From Fastidiosibacter lacustris (GTDB lineage Bacteria; Pseudomonadota; Gammaproteobacteria; Francisellales; Francisellaceae), in NCBI RefSeq assembly GCF_003428155.1, contig NZ_QLIR01000001.1, positions 30,001 to 62,000 on the forward strand: a stretch of DNA of 32,000 bases, given 5' to 3'. The stretch's first letter is position 1. The number at the start of each line of letters is the position of its first letter. A program made the translations under genes and the position numbers. Below are positions 17,293 through 26,267 of the stretch, piece after piece. Under the pieces are notes generated by a model, which worked only from the letters and a program-made list of their open reading frames with translations, was not told the origin of the DNA and ran no database searches.

Positions 17293-18405
17293 ATGGTTAA
17301 AAGGATTTTTTGGAGTTTGCTTATTGCATTTATGATTGTAATTACGATTGTTGTAATAATTAGTTGTGAAGTTGAGCAAAGTACAATAAAGAAAGTCTCA
17401 TATAAGTCTTTTGATAATATCATTGTTTTTGGTGATAGTTTGAGCGATAGTGCACCACCACAGACACAAGTAGGGAATAATTATTGGGTAAAACCATATG
17501 GTATTACGGATAAAATAGGTGCTCCTATTACAAGCGAAATCTCACTTAACTATCCTGTGCGTAAAACATGGTTAAATTATTTTATTGAACAAATGGATTT
17601 AAAATCAGGTAAAGATTTAACGCTTATTAAGGGACTAACACCCAATAGTGCATATTCACAAAATACCTCATTTGCAGTGGCTTCAGCTGAGACTGGGGAT
17701 TATTATTTAACGGATACCACTTGGGGACGTGATAATAATGCTAAGTGTGTTAATGGACTTGGTGATTATGGTCATTATAATTGTGTGCCTGGCGTACTAA
17801 AGCAAATAGATTTATACCTTAAAAATGTCAATGATAGACCTAATCCAAATTCGTTATTCATTATTTGGGCAGGTGGCAATGACTTTTACCAAAACATCAT
17901 TCGGATAGCAACGCAAAATGGGCAAACTTTAGCACATCCGATTGATAATATTGTTAAAGCGGTGAAGCGCCTGATGGTAAAAGGTGTGTCTGTGCAAAAT
18001 ATCTACGTCTTGAATTTACCTGATTTTTCGATGGTTCCAGGAGTTAGGGGATTATTAGATGCACATATAAAAAATAAATATTTGTATCAAGGTATCTCTG
18101 TTTTAATATCAGCCGTTTCACAACTTTATAATACGGGTCTTAGTGTCAACCTTGTATTAAAAACATTTGGGGTGTTTCCAGCAAACCATGTTTATTCGAT
18201 CGATAAATTATTTTTAGAAGTTTATTTTAATAAAGATGAAATATTGCAAAAATTGGGTTTGAATCAGTCAGTTAAAGTTACTTGTGTACAAATGAAAGAA
18301 ACCCCTTTATGCCAAGGCTTTTTATTTTATAATGGAATACACCCAACAACGGTTGTTCATCAATACCTTGCCAAGGAGCTTATTAAACATATTCAACGCA
18401 CGTAA
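17293..18405 (+). CDS. GDSL/SGNH-family acylhydrolase (PlaA-like lysophospholipase/lipase), probable lipoprotein
   Basis: Block I IIVFGDSLSDS, WAGGNDF block III, C-terminal YNGIHPT block V with Asn where Asp is usual. N-terminal MVKR + hydrophobic stretch + IIS|C lipobox-like sequence. ATG 17293 with AAAAGGGGA RBS. Confidence 0.88.
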   Translation: MVKRIFWSLLIAFMIVITIVVIISCEVEQSTIKKVSYKSFDNIIVFGDSLSDSAPPQTQVGNNYWVKPYGITDKIGAPITSEISLNYPVRKTWLNYFIEQMDLKSGKDLTLIKGLTPNSAYSQNTSFAVASAETGDYYLTDTTWGRDNNAKCVNGLGDYGHYNCVPGVLKQIDLYLKNVNDRPNPNSLFIIWAGGNDFYQNIIRIATQNGQTLAHPIDNIVKAVKRLMVKGVSVQNIYVLNLPDFSMVPGVRGLLDAHIKNKYLYQGISVLISAVSQLYNTGLSVNLVLKTFGVFPANHVYSIDKLFLEVYFNKDEILQKLGLNQSVKVTCVQMKETPLCQGFLFYNGIHPTTVVHQYLAKELIKHIQRT

Positions 18406-18805
18406 AGGTCTCAAAATCGTGGCGAACCTGAGCTAGAACGCTTAAAACTTTCCCTGTTATGGTGTTGATAAATACCCAATTGGTTTCAGCCTTAACGACT
18501 GTTTCACCTTTATTATTTGTAAACACGTATTTGCGTAAAGCGGAACAGCGTTTAATTTCCTCAACCCAGGTTCGAGCTTCAATAATCTCTCCAAGGAAGG
18601 CTGGTTTGACATAATCAATGTAATGTGTTTTAGCAACCCATGTGCAATGGTTTTTATGGTATCTCTGAGTTGTCCAGCCACAAGCATTGGAGTGCATAAT
18701 AGCAATATCCTGCATCCATTTTAGGTATACAATATTGTTTACGTGTTTATTGACATCGATAAATTCTTCTGTAACGGTGAAATTATGTTTAAAAGCCTGC
18801 ATCAA
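18383..18805 (-). CDS. Acyl-CoA thioesterase, 4HBT/YbgC-like hotdog fold
   Basis: FTVTEEFIDVNKHVNNIVYLKWMQDIA and HYIDYVKPAFLGEIIEARTWVEE match 4HBT thioesterases. Confidence 0.88.
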   Translation of the reverse strand: MMQAFKHNFTVTEEFIDVNKHVNNIVYLKWMQDIAIMHSNACGWTTQRYHKNHCTWVAKTHYIDYVKPAFLGEIIEARTWVEEIKRCSALRKYVFTNNKGETVVKAETNWVFINTITGKVLSVLAQVRHDFETFTCVEYV

Positions 18806-18858
18806 TATAATCCGGTTATGTAGGTTGCAATATTATTTTATCATTACTCACTTGTGGT

Positions 18859-19605
18859 CTAAGTTATTTCTTGCCTGTCGATTTGGCGTAAAATGCTACC
18901 TGATATACCTGCTGCTTCAACTTTATGCTTTAATACATCACCATCACGTTGGTTATCAACAGGTCCGACATCAAGTCGATACCAATCCCCAACTTTTTGA
19001 ATAGTGGGTTTAAGCCCTGCTAAGATAAGCTTAGCACGTGTGGCATTGGCGTCCGTTAGATTTCGATATGAACCTACTTGCAGCATGTAGGTATAACGAT
19101 ATTGTTTAATGGGTTGAGGATTTGCATCAACTTGGACCGTTTTATTGGTTAGCGTATCGTAAAAAGTAAATTGCAGTGATTGATCTTGTTTCTTTTGTTC
19201 CTGTTTGGAAGGATTATTGGTTTGTTTCTTATTATTTGTTGTTACCTTGTCAATGTTTTGTTTATAAGTTGAAGTGTCTGTTTGATTGTTTTTGCTTAGA
19301 GGTACTAATGCTGTGGTAACTGTATCACCATGATCTCTGGTGGTTTGATTTTCCATTTGTTCCGCTTGCTTTGTTAACGTGGAAATTGTATTTAAAGTCG
19401 AAGAGGATGGCGCTGTGATTTTTTGTGTGCTTTCAGTGGTAGGCTTACTGGTATAGAAACTAATAATAAATGCAGCAATTAAAGTAAGTAAAATCGTGCC
19501 AAGAATAAGCTTTCTAGATGTTAGCGTACGCTCTGGTGTACTAAAACTGTTTAAGTACTTAGATTGAGGCTGATTGTGTTTTGTGGTTTTGGCATAATCA
19601 CGCAT
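18859..19605 (-). CDS. SPOR-domain (FtsN-like) single-pass membrane protein
   Basis: TM helix KLILGTILLTLIAAFIISFY; Thr/Lys/Gln-rich linker; FYDTLTNKTV; SPOR pattern YMLQVGSYRNLTDANATRAKLILAGLKPTIQKVGDWYRLDVGPV. Confidence 0.85.
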   Translation of the reverse strand: MRDYAKTTKHNQPQSKYLNSFSTPERTLTSRKLILGTILLTLIAAFIISFYTSKPTTESTQKITAPSSSTLNTISTLTKQAEQMENQTTRDHGDTVTTALVPLSKNNQTDTSTYKQNIDKVTTNNKKQTNNPSKQEQKKQDQSLQFTFYDTLTNKTVQVDANPQPIKQYRYTYMLQVGSYRNLTDANATRAKLILAGLKPTIQKVGDWYRLDVGPVDNQRDGDVLKHKVEAAGISGSILRQIDRQEIT

Positions 19606-19782
19606 AAGTCAGATTTACTGTTTTAGTTTTAATAGCGAGATGTTTTTGGTATTTTAGTAATATATTGCCAAAGTATAAAGTGTATTTGCTCATAAAATGT
19701 ATATAATTTGTCAGGCAAGTTTCTTGAGTTTGATTTTATTTTCTCTACAGTGGTCATGAGAGAATTAGAAGGATAGACCAAA

Positions 19783-20757
19783 ATGGAGTTAATGATGGGT
19801 AAAGTAAACATTTATTCACTGGATCGAAATGGTTTTGCTCAAACGATAATACCAGAAGCTTTTGATTGGTTTAAGATAAAGCAGGAAAATGTATTAGTGT
19901 GGGTCCATTTGGATTTAACAGTTGCTGAAAAGTTTCTCCAACAGCATATGTTGGTAAGTGAAACGATTATCGATATGTTATGTGCACATGAAACGCGCCC
20001 AAGGGTGCTGATTTTTGATAACAGCATGCTAGCTAGCTTTCGAGCAATCAATTTAAATACAGGTCAAAATCCAGAGGATATGACTTCAATTCGGATGTGG
20101 CTATCTGAACAATTGATCATTACGGTCAAGCGTAGAACTCCTTATTCTGTTATTGAGATTCAAAGGATGCTCACTCAAGGGCAAGGTCCGAAGTGTACAA
20201 GTGATTTTTTAAGTGTTTTGCTGACACACATCACCACACACACGGATCAGTTACTTGATGAGTATGATCAAAAGTTGGACCAAATCGAGCAGGATGTGAA
20301 AAATGAAAAACCAATTATTTTGGCTGATAGAGTCAATGAAATATGTAAGAAAATCATCAGAATCAGGCGTTATATTTTACCACAGAGGGAGGCGATTCTT
20401 GCAATCTCTGCACATAAATTGACATGGCTAGATGACGATGACATTTTTGATTTACGTCAAACGCTGGATTCAAATATACGGCTGCTAGAAGACCTAGATG
20501 CAATGAAAGATAGAAGCTTAATTATTCAAGCGCAAATTCATTCCTATGAACAAAACCAAATCAATAAAAGGATGTATATTTTGTCTTTAGTAAGTGTGAT
20601 ATTTATTCCGTTGGGATTTATTACAGGATTATTGGGTATTAATGTTGCAGGTATTCCAGGTTCGGAACATCGTCATGGTTTTTTAATTGTTTGTATTTTG
20701 CTTGTGATTATTATGGTAGTGCATATTTTTATTATGCGTAAAATCAAGTGGGTTTAG
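19783..20757 (+). CDS. CorA/ZntB-family divalent cation transporter
   Basis: C-terminal two TM helices with GFITGLLGINVAGIPGSEHRHGF (a ZntB-like GIN variant of the GMN motif); long helical region with MKDRSLIIQAQIHSYEQNQINKRMYILSLVSVIFIPLGF. AAGGA RBS 9 nt upstream. Confidence 0.9.
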   Translation: MELMMGKVNIYSLDRNGFAQTIIPEAFDWFKIKQENVLVWVHLDLTVAEKFLQQHMLVSETIIDMLCAHETRPRVLIFDNSMLASFRAINLNTGQNPEDMTSIRMWLSEQLIITVKRRTPYSVIEIQRMLTQGQGPKCTSDFLSVLLTHITTHTDQLLDEYDQKLDQIEQDVKNEKPIILADRVNEICKKIIRIRRYILPQREAILAISAHKLTWLDDDDIFDLRQTLDSNIRLLEDLDAMKDRSLIIQAQIHSYEQNQINKRMYILSLVSVIFIPLGFITGLLGINVAGIPGSEHRHGFLIVCILLVIIMVVHIFIMRKIKWV

Positions 20758-20758
20758 C

Positions 20759-21289
20759 TTATTTTTTTGATGATGACGTTGTTGTGATTTTAGCAGGAAC
20801 ATTAAGCGTTGCGCTGCCAATTACGACTTTAGTAGGTTTGTATAAAACTTCTGCTTTCCAAGTGCCATAACAGGAGCTCGTACCGTTTGCGCTATTGTGC
20901 TCAAATGTTCTATATGCCCAAGAATAATCGTTATTTTCTTTGTATTTCATGATTGGAAAAGTGCTGCTGAGACAATGTGGATCAGTTGGCGCAATCCAGT
21001 GTAGTCTTAAGTCGCCTTGTTTTGCGCCATTCCAATTAGTATAAACTTTTGCAATCAAGCGATCGCCTTTAATGCTGAGTTTAACGTTAGAGCTTGGAAG
21101 ATTAGTGTGTTTTATTACATCTTGAGGTTGCTCTTCAATTATCATAGAAGTCTCAGGCATAGCTTGCGTTATAACTTTATTTGGTCCTTGTGGTTGTGGT
21201 GACGCTGGAGTGTCGGCTTTTGGCGAGCTTGCACAAGCAGATAATAATGTGGCACTGGAAATAAGGCTTAGGATGGAGAGTCTTTTCAT
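20759..21289 (-). CDS. Small putative lipoprotein of unknown function
   Basis: MKRLSILSLISSATLLSACASS signal with LLSAC lipobox. ATG 21289 has AAGGAAG upstream; the track start at 21361 is unlikely. Mature domain has two Cys (PHCLSS, SSCYGTW) and ends in a beta-rich segment. Confidence 0.75.
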   Translation of the reverse strand: MKRLSILSLISSATLLSACASSPKADTPASPQPQGPNKVITQAMPETSMIIEEQPQDVIKHTNLPSSNVKLSIKGDRLIAKVYTNWNGAKQGDLRLHWIAPTDPHCLSSTFPIMKYKENNDYSWAYRTFEHNSANGTSSCYGTWKAEVLYKPTKVVIGSATLNVPAKITTTSSSKK

Positions 21290-21420
21290 TTTTTTCTTCC
21301 TTTTTGTTGAACTACTATAAGAGAACCTTATTACTATAACGCTAATATAAGCGTATAGCAAAGAGATAATCTAAGTCTGTATGAATGATTTTTCGAAATT
21401 TTTTGTTAAGTATTCGAGGA

Positions 21421-22626
21421 TTAATGTGTTTTAGATGAAAACCAAGATAAAATTATAAGCAAAACTAAGCTGATAACACTAGTAATAATTATGGTGCAAG
21501 CAAGTGGATAAGACGTATTAATAGCAAATAAAGTAGCAATCGAACCTATGATTGAACTTCCTCCTAGTTGTAATGCTCCAAGCATAGCGGAAGCCGCACC
21601 AGGGTATGCACCAAATGGTTCTAACGCGCCGCTGGCGCCTGAGCCCGCAGTAAGTGCGCAACCAAAAGTCGCAAGCATACTAGGACCAAAGAATCCCCAT
21701 AGACTCAATCCATTGATCTGGTAAATCACAATTAATAAAACGCCCGAAAATAAAATAAGTATCGTGCCAAGGATAGAAGTTCTTAATACTCCAAATTTAT
21801 GGACGATGGTGCCTGAAATAATCGAACCAACTAAAAAGGCACCACCTGCCATTCCAAAGAAAACTCCAATTTGTGAGCGTGCCTCATCAAGAGTTTGGAT
21901 AATATAAGGCGTCATCGAAAAAAGAGTGAAAAAGGCAGAAATTCCTGCAATTGCAGGAAAAGTGTAAGCCCAGAAAGTTAAACTTTTACAAATATTTAAA
22001 TAACGACCAATAAGGCTTGAATCAAACCTTTTGCGATTATCTGGATGTGAGCTTTCTTTAACAAAAAAGATGACCAAAATAAAGGTAAAAGCCCCTAGAA
22101 TTGCCAAGAAATAAAATATAGCGTGCCAGGGAAAATAAGTAGTTAAGATAACGCCTATGATAGGTCCTAAAATAGGAGAGACTGAGATCATTGCATTTAA
22201 AAAGCTATAAATCATTGCACTTTGTTTTCCAGAAAAAGCGTCTCTAACGATCGCAAATGCACTGACTGACATCCCGCAAGCACCTATACCTTGAAGTATG
22301 CGAAATATAATTAAGGCGCCTATATGTCCAGAATTGGCACATAATAATGAACCAATGAAAAAGAGTATAACAGAGCTAAGCAAAATTTTATAACGCCCAA
22401 ATTGGTCAGATAAAGGACCTAAGATGAGCTGCCCAAATCCTGTTACTAAAAAAAATAAAGACAGAGTGAGCTGAACCATTTCCTGAGAAGTATTCAAAAT
22501 GCGTTTCATTTCAGGAATAACAGGCATGTAAGTGTCTAATGCTAAAGCAAAGCTAAATACAACAGGTGCAAGTAAGAACACTGTTGTAAGTGGTTGATAA
22601 GGCCATTTGTAGTTTTTAGCAGACAT
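21421..22626 (-). CDS. Bcr/CflA-type MFS drug efflux transporter
   Basis: ALDTYMPVIPEMKRILNTS, GFGQLILGPLSDQFGRYKILL (MFS motif A), GACGMSVSAFAIVRDAFSG, SPILGPIIG; 12 hydrophobic segments. Confidence 0.92.
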   Translation of the reverse strand: MSAKNYKWPYQPLTTVFLLAPVVFSFALALDTYMPVIPEMKRILNTSQEMVQLTLSLFFLVTGFGQLILGPLSDQFGRYKILLSSVILFFIGSLLCANSGHIGALIIFRILQGIGACGMSVSAFAIVRDAFSGKQSAMIYSFLNAMISVSPILGPIIGVILTTYFPWHAIFYFLAILGAFTFILVIFFVKESSHPDNRKRFDSSLIGRYLNICKSLTFWAYTFPAIAGISAFFTLFSMTPYIIQTLDEARSQIGVFFGMAGGAFLVGSIISGTIVHKFGVLRTSILGTILILFSGVLLIVIYQINGLSLWGFFGPSMLATFGCALTAGSGASGALEPFGAYPGAASAMLGALQLGGSSIIGSIATLFAINTSYPLACTIIITSVISLVLLIILSWFSSKTH

Positions 22627-22807
22627 GAGGATTATTATGTGTTTGAATTAAATAATGGACATTGTAATGGTTTTTTAAAAAAGACGATATGAAAAACGAG
22701 GTTAAAACAAGGTTTTTACATGAGGATACAAAAGGAGCAAAAAGCTAATGACAATTTTATTATGGACGATACACTACTAAAATTGCGCATAGTTAATAAT
22801 CCAAAAG

Positions 22808-24091
22808 ATGCCTCAAAAAAGTTTATCAGTTGCAAAAAAACCAATCAAAGCAGAGGTGAGTTTACCAGGTTCAAAGAGTTTATCGAACCGCGTGTTATTG
22901 ATTGCGGCGTTAGCCAATGGTGAATCAGTTATTGAAAATCTGCCCTTAAGTAAAGATGTGTTAGCAGCGGTTGGTGCACTAAAAGCGCTGGAAGTGAAAC
23001 ATTCATTTAATAAATGGGAAGGTAAAATCACTATTTTAGGGGGTGGAGGTAAATTTCCTAAAACAAATGCACGCATTTTTTGCAATGAAGCTGGAACATT
23101 AACGCGTTTTATTATTCCACTTTGTGCAGCGCAAGAGCAGGGAGAGTATTATATCTATGCAGCTTCTAGAATGATGGCGCGTCCAATTCAATCGCAATTA
23201 CAAGTGTTAGAAGCAATGGGAATGAAAGCGATTTATGAAGATGTGACACATAAACTACCAATAACTATAAAGGCTCAAAGCTTAAACCAGCAAGGTGTTC
23301 TTACTATTGATGGTGGTCAGAGTAGCCAGTTTTTATCGGGGTTACTGATGGCAGCTCCCTTTATTAAGGAAGGCTTAGTCATTAAGTCCAATACTGATCA
23401 CCCACAATCCTACGTTGATATGACGGTACAGATGATGCGCGATTTCGGTGTTAGGATTAATGTTCAAAATCATATTTATAGTGTGCCAGCAAAGCAATGT
23501 TATCAAGCTTGTCATTACGTAATTGAGCCAGACTTGTCAACGGCATCCTATTTCTGGGCGCTAGCTGCCATTACCAATGGCAAGATGAAAGTGAAACATG
23601 TTAAACTCAATGCGAAGCAAGGGGATATTCGTTTTCTAGAAGTTTTGAAAATGATGGGATGTCAAATATGTGAAGAACAAGATGGTATTACAGTTTATGG
23701 TACGGATAAGCTTAAAGGGGTAACAATCAATATGCGTAATTTCTCAGATACCTTTATGACTGTTGCTGCTATTGCTTGTTTTGCTGAGGGAGAAACGCAT
23801 ATCACGGGCTTAGCTCATACGCGTTTGCAAGAGTCGGATCGTCTCAGTGCGATGGCAGAAGGATTAACACGCTTAGGTGTTAAAGTGAAAACAACACAAG
23901 ACAGTATACATATTTATCCTAAAGAGTCGCATTTGCAAAGTGCCGAAGTGGATGGACACAGTGATCACCGTATTGCAATGTCCTTAGCATTACTTGGACT
24001 GGTACAATCAGAAGTTATCATCAAGGGAGCTGAATGTGTTAGTAAAACTTGTCCTGACTATTTTGAGCGGATGGAAAAAATCATTCAATAA
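22808..24091 (+). CDS. aroA: 3-phosphoshikimate 1-carboxyvinyltransferase (EPSP synthase)
   Basis: AEVSLPGSKSLSNRVLLIAALANGE, NEAGTLTRFIIPL, SRMMARPIQSQL, SSQFLSGLLMAAPF, LQESDRLSAMAEGLTRLG, DHRIAMSLALLGL. Confidence 0.94.
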   Translation: MPQKSLSVAKKPIKAEVSLPGSKSLSNRVLLIAALANGESVIENLPLSKDVLAAVGALKALEVKHSFNKWEGKITILGGGGKFPKTNARIFCNEAGTLTRFIIPLCAAQEQGEYYIYAASRMMARPIQSQLQVLEAMGMKAIYEDVTHKLPITIKAQSLNQQGVLTIDGGQSSQFLSGLLMAAPFIKEGLVIKSNTDHPQSYVDMTVQMMRDFGVRINVQNHIYSVPAKQCYQACHYVIEPDLSTASYFWALAAITNGKMKVKHVKLNAKQGDIRFLEVLKMMGCQICEEQDGITVYGTDKLKGVTINMRNFSDTFMTVAAIACFAEGETHITGLAHTRLQESDRLSAMAEGLTRLGVKVKTTQDSIHIYPKESHLQSAEVDGHSDHRIAMSLALLGLVQSEVIIKGAECVSKTCPDYFERMEKIIQ

Positions 24092-24118
24092 ACCGTTAAT
24101 TAACGTTAAACTAACGGT
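24092..24118 (+). repeat. Inverted repeat immediately downstream of aroA (7-bp arms)
   Basis: ACCGTTA (24092-24098) and TAACGGT (24112-24118) around ATTAACGTTAAAC. No T-run, so not a convincing intrinsic terminator. Confidence 0.5.
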
Positions 24119-24141
24119 AATTTAGATAAAGGGTCTGATCA

Positions 24142-24744
24142 ATGCAAGTAAAGCAATTGCAGGATTTAGAGATAGTTTTATCGCGCTTTAGTGTTAAACG
24201 TGCGTTTTTTCTAGGTCATCAAAAGCCACAATACTTTGATAAGTTAATTGCATTGCATCACTATGCAGCAAGTGGTTTTTTAAAAACTAAAGCTGCATTT
24301 GGAGCATGTTTTAGAGAAGAAAATTGGCCTTTCCCTGCTCGATTTTTTGACATCATTCTACTGGAGAACACTTTCGTAGATCATTCAAAGTATACACAGT
24401 TGTTAAGTGAAGCATCGCGTGTACTAAGTGATGATGGTTATTTAATTGTGGTTCAATCCAAGACTTCTGCTAATGATAAAGAGCTTCCTTTTCGCCTAGT
24501 ATATCAGGTGTTAAAAGAGCATAAATTGCATAAAATCGATAGTCATTATTATGATACCTTTAAACTTCAACAAACAAAAACATGGTTACCCTGTTTGTTA
24601 CCAGAGAGTTTTTCTTATGTGTTTAATGCAAGCTTCAGCAAACGAGTTATCCCACTAAGCCCATTATTTTTAGGGACAAAAGATATGGTTAAACTCCCAG
24701 GTAAATATGCAATTGGAATGAACACTACAATAGGGAAGCTATAA
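24142..24744 (+). CDS. Short, degenerate class I SAM methyltransferase-like protein (YafS-like context next to rnhA)
   Basis: Retains the methyltransferase middle (FPARFFDIILLENTFVDHSKYTQLLSEASRVLSDDGYLIVVQ). The expected N-terminal motif I glycine loop is replaced by RAFFLGHQKP. Confidence 0.65.
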   Translation: MQVKQLQDLEIVLSRFSVKRAFFLGHQKPQYFDKLIALHHYAASGFLKTKAAFGACFREENWPFPARFFDIILLENTFVDHSKYTQLLSEASRVLSDDGYLIVVQSKTSANDKELPFRLVYQVLKEHKLHKIDSHYYDTFKLQQTKTWLPCLLPESFSYVFNASFSKRVIPLSPLFLGTKDMVKLPGKYAIGMNTTIGKL

Positions 24745-24768
24745 ACGGTTTAATGAAAGAGAAACAAA

Positions 24769-25227
24769 ATGATTTTTAAGCCTAAAAAAGTAACGATTTA
24801 TACGGACGGTGCCTGTAGAGGTAATCCTGGTAAAGGAGGCTGGGGTGTAATCTTACAGTATAAATCTAAAATCAAAGAGTTATACGGGGGAGAGGAAAAT
24901 ACAACCAATAATCGTATGGAGTTATTAGCTGCAATTCAAGCATTATCGGCGCTTAAAACAATGTGTGAAGTGGAATTGTATACGGATTCTAAATACGTAC
25001 AGCAAGGTGTGAGTGAATGGTTAAATAATTGGCTTATTAGAGGTTGGAAGACAGCTAGCAATAAGCCTGTTAAAAACCAAGATCTATGGCAGACGTTAGA
25101 TGAATTGCGAAAAAAACATATCATCAAATGGCACTGGGTGAAGGGACATAATGGTGATCCTTTAAATGAGCGAGCGGATGAACTGGCAAATATGGGGGTA
25201 GGGAAAGATGCAATTAAGCTCAATTAA
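24769..25227 (+). CDS. rnhA: Ribonuclease HI
   Basis: [65 protein letters not shown]: all catalytic residues present. Confidence 0.97.
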   Translation: MIFKPKKVTIYTDGACRGNPGKGGWGVILQYKSKIKELYGGEENTTNNRMELLAAIQALSALKTMCEVELYTDSKYVQQGVSEWLNNWLIRGWKTASNKPVKNQDLWQTLDELRKKHIIKWHWVKGHNGDPLNERADELANMGVGKDAIKLN

Positions 25228-26248
25228 AGATAAAAAAATTTATGTTATCTATACAGGGGGGACGATTGGAATGGTAAAAACCGATCAAGGCTATGCTCCT
25301 AAACGAGGTTTTTTGCTGGATAAGATTAAAACAATTAAAGACTTTTATCATAATGGCGTTCCAGATTTTGAGATCAATGAATACCCTAAATTAATTGATT
25401 CAGCCAATATTAGACCTCAGGATTGGATTATAATTGCACGTGATATCATTAAAAACTACAACGCTTATAATGGTTTTGTCGTTTTACATGGCACAGATAC
25501 ACTTGCTTATACTGCCTCTAGTTTATCTTTTATGCTGAAGAATCTTAACAAACCGGTTATTTGTACTGGCTCTCAAATTCCCATTTCAGAATTAAGATCA
25601 GATGCTCAAGACAATATTCTGCACAGCTTAATTTTGGCAGCAGATAAACGCATACAGGAAGTTTGCATTTACTTTAATAAGCAGCTATTACGTGGTAACC
25701 GTGCAGTTAAAATTAATTCATCTGGCATGGATGCGTTTTGCTCGCCTAATTATCCTATACTTGGGCAGGTTGGTATTGATATTGAGTTAAACGAAACTTA
25801 TATACGTCATGTTAACAAAAATGCGACAACTGAGATTGAATTTAATTCTTTGAGTGTGCCAAAAGTCGCAATATTATCAATTTTTCCCGGGATGGATGTC
25901 AGTATTTTAAATAAGATATTACAGCCACCTTTACAGGGGCTTATTTTAAAGACCTATGGTGCAGGTAATATCATGAACTCAGATGAGATTATTGACGAGT
26001 TGATCGAAGCAAGTAAAAGAGGAGTAATTATTATTAATTGTACGCAATGCTTGAAAGGCAGTGTCAAAATGGGGGCTTATGAAGCAGGAATTGGATTGGT
26101 GAAAGCTGGTGTTATCTCAGGCTATGATATGACCGTTGAAGCAGCATTAACCAAGCTTTTTTATTTATTAAGTATTCCTGAGTTAGCTCAAAACGAAATA
26201 AAAGAGGCTTTACAGAAAGACCTTCGTGGTGAAATGACGGTTAGTTAA
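25208..26248 (+). CDS. ansA: L-asparaginase, type I (AnsA-like)
   Basis: [77 protein letters not shown] 25208 lies inside the end of rnhA (20-nt overlap), with an A/G-rich RBS. Confidence 0.94.
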   Translation: MQLSSIKDKKIYVIYTGGTIGMVKTDQGYAPKRGFLLDKIKTIKDFYHNGVPDFEINEYPKLIDSANIRPQDWIIIARDIIKNYNAYNGFVVLHGTDTLAYTASSLSFMLKNLNKPVICTGSQIPISELRSDAQDNILHSLILAADKRIQEVCIYFNKQLLRGNRAVKINSSGMDAFCSPNYPILGQVGIDIELNETYIRHVNKNATTEIEFNSLSVPKVAILSIFPGMDVSILNKILQPPLQGLILKTYGAGNIMNSDEIIDELIEASKRGVIIINCTQCLKGSVKMGAYEAGIGLVKAGVISGYDMTVEAALTKLFYLLSIPELAQNEIKEALQKDLRGEMTVS

Positions 26249-26267
26249 TGCAAACACAGGAGTAAAG

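Noticed and set aside
19686-19707. TTGCTC ... TATAAT as a promoter for the CorA/ZntB-like gene
   Set aside because: TATAAT at 19702-19707 is a perfect -10, but the spacing to TTGCTC is only 10 nt and I see no -35 at 16-18 nt. Too weak to list as a feature.
19629-19811. Minus-strand 60-aa ORF between the SPOR gene and the CorA/ZntB-like gene
   Set aside because: Lies in the divergent promoter region, covers the RBS and start of the plus-strand gene, and has no motif.
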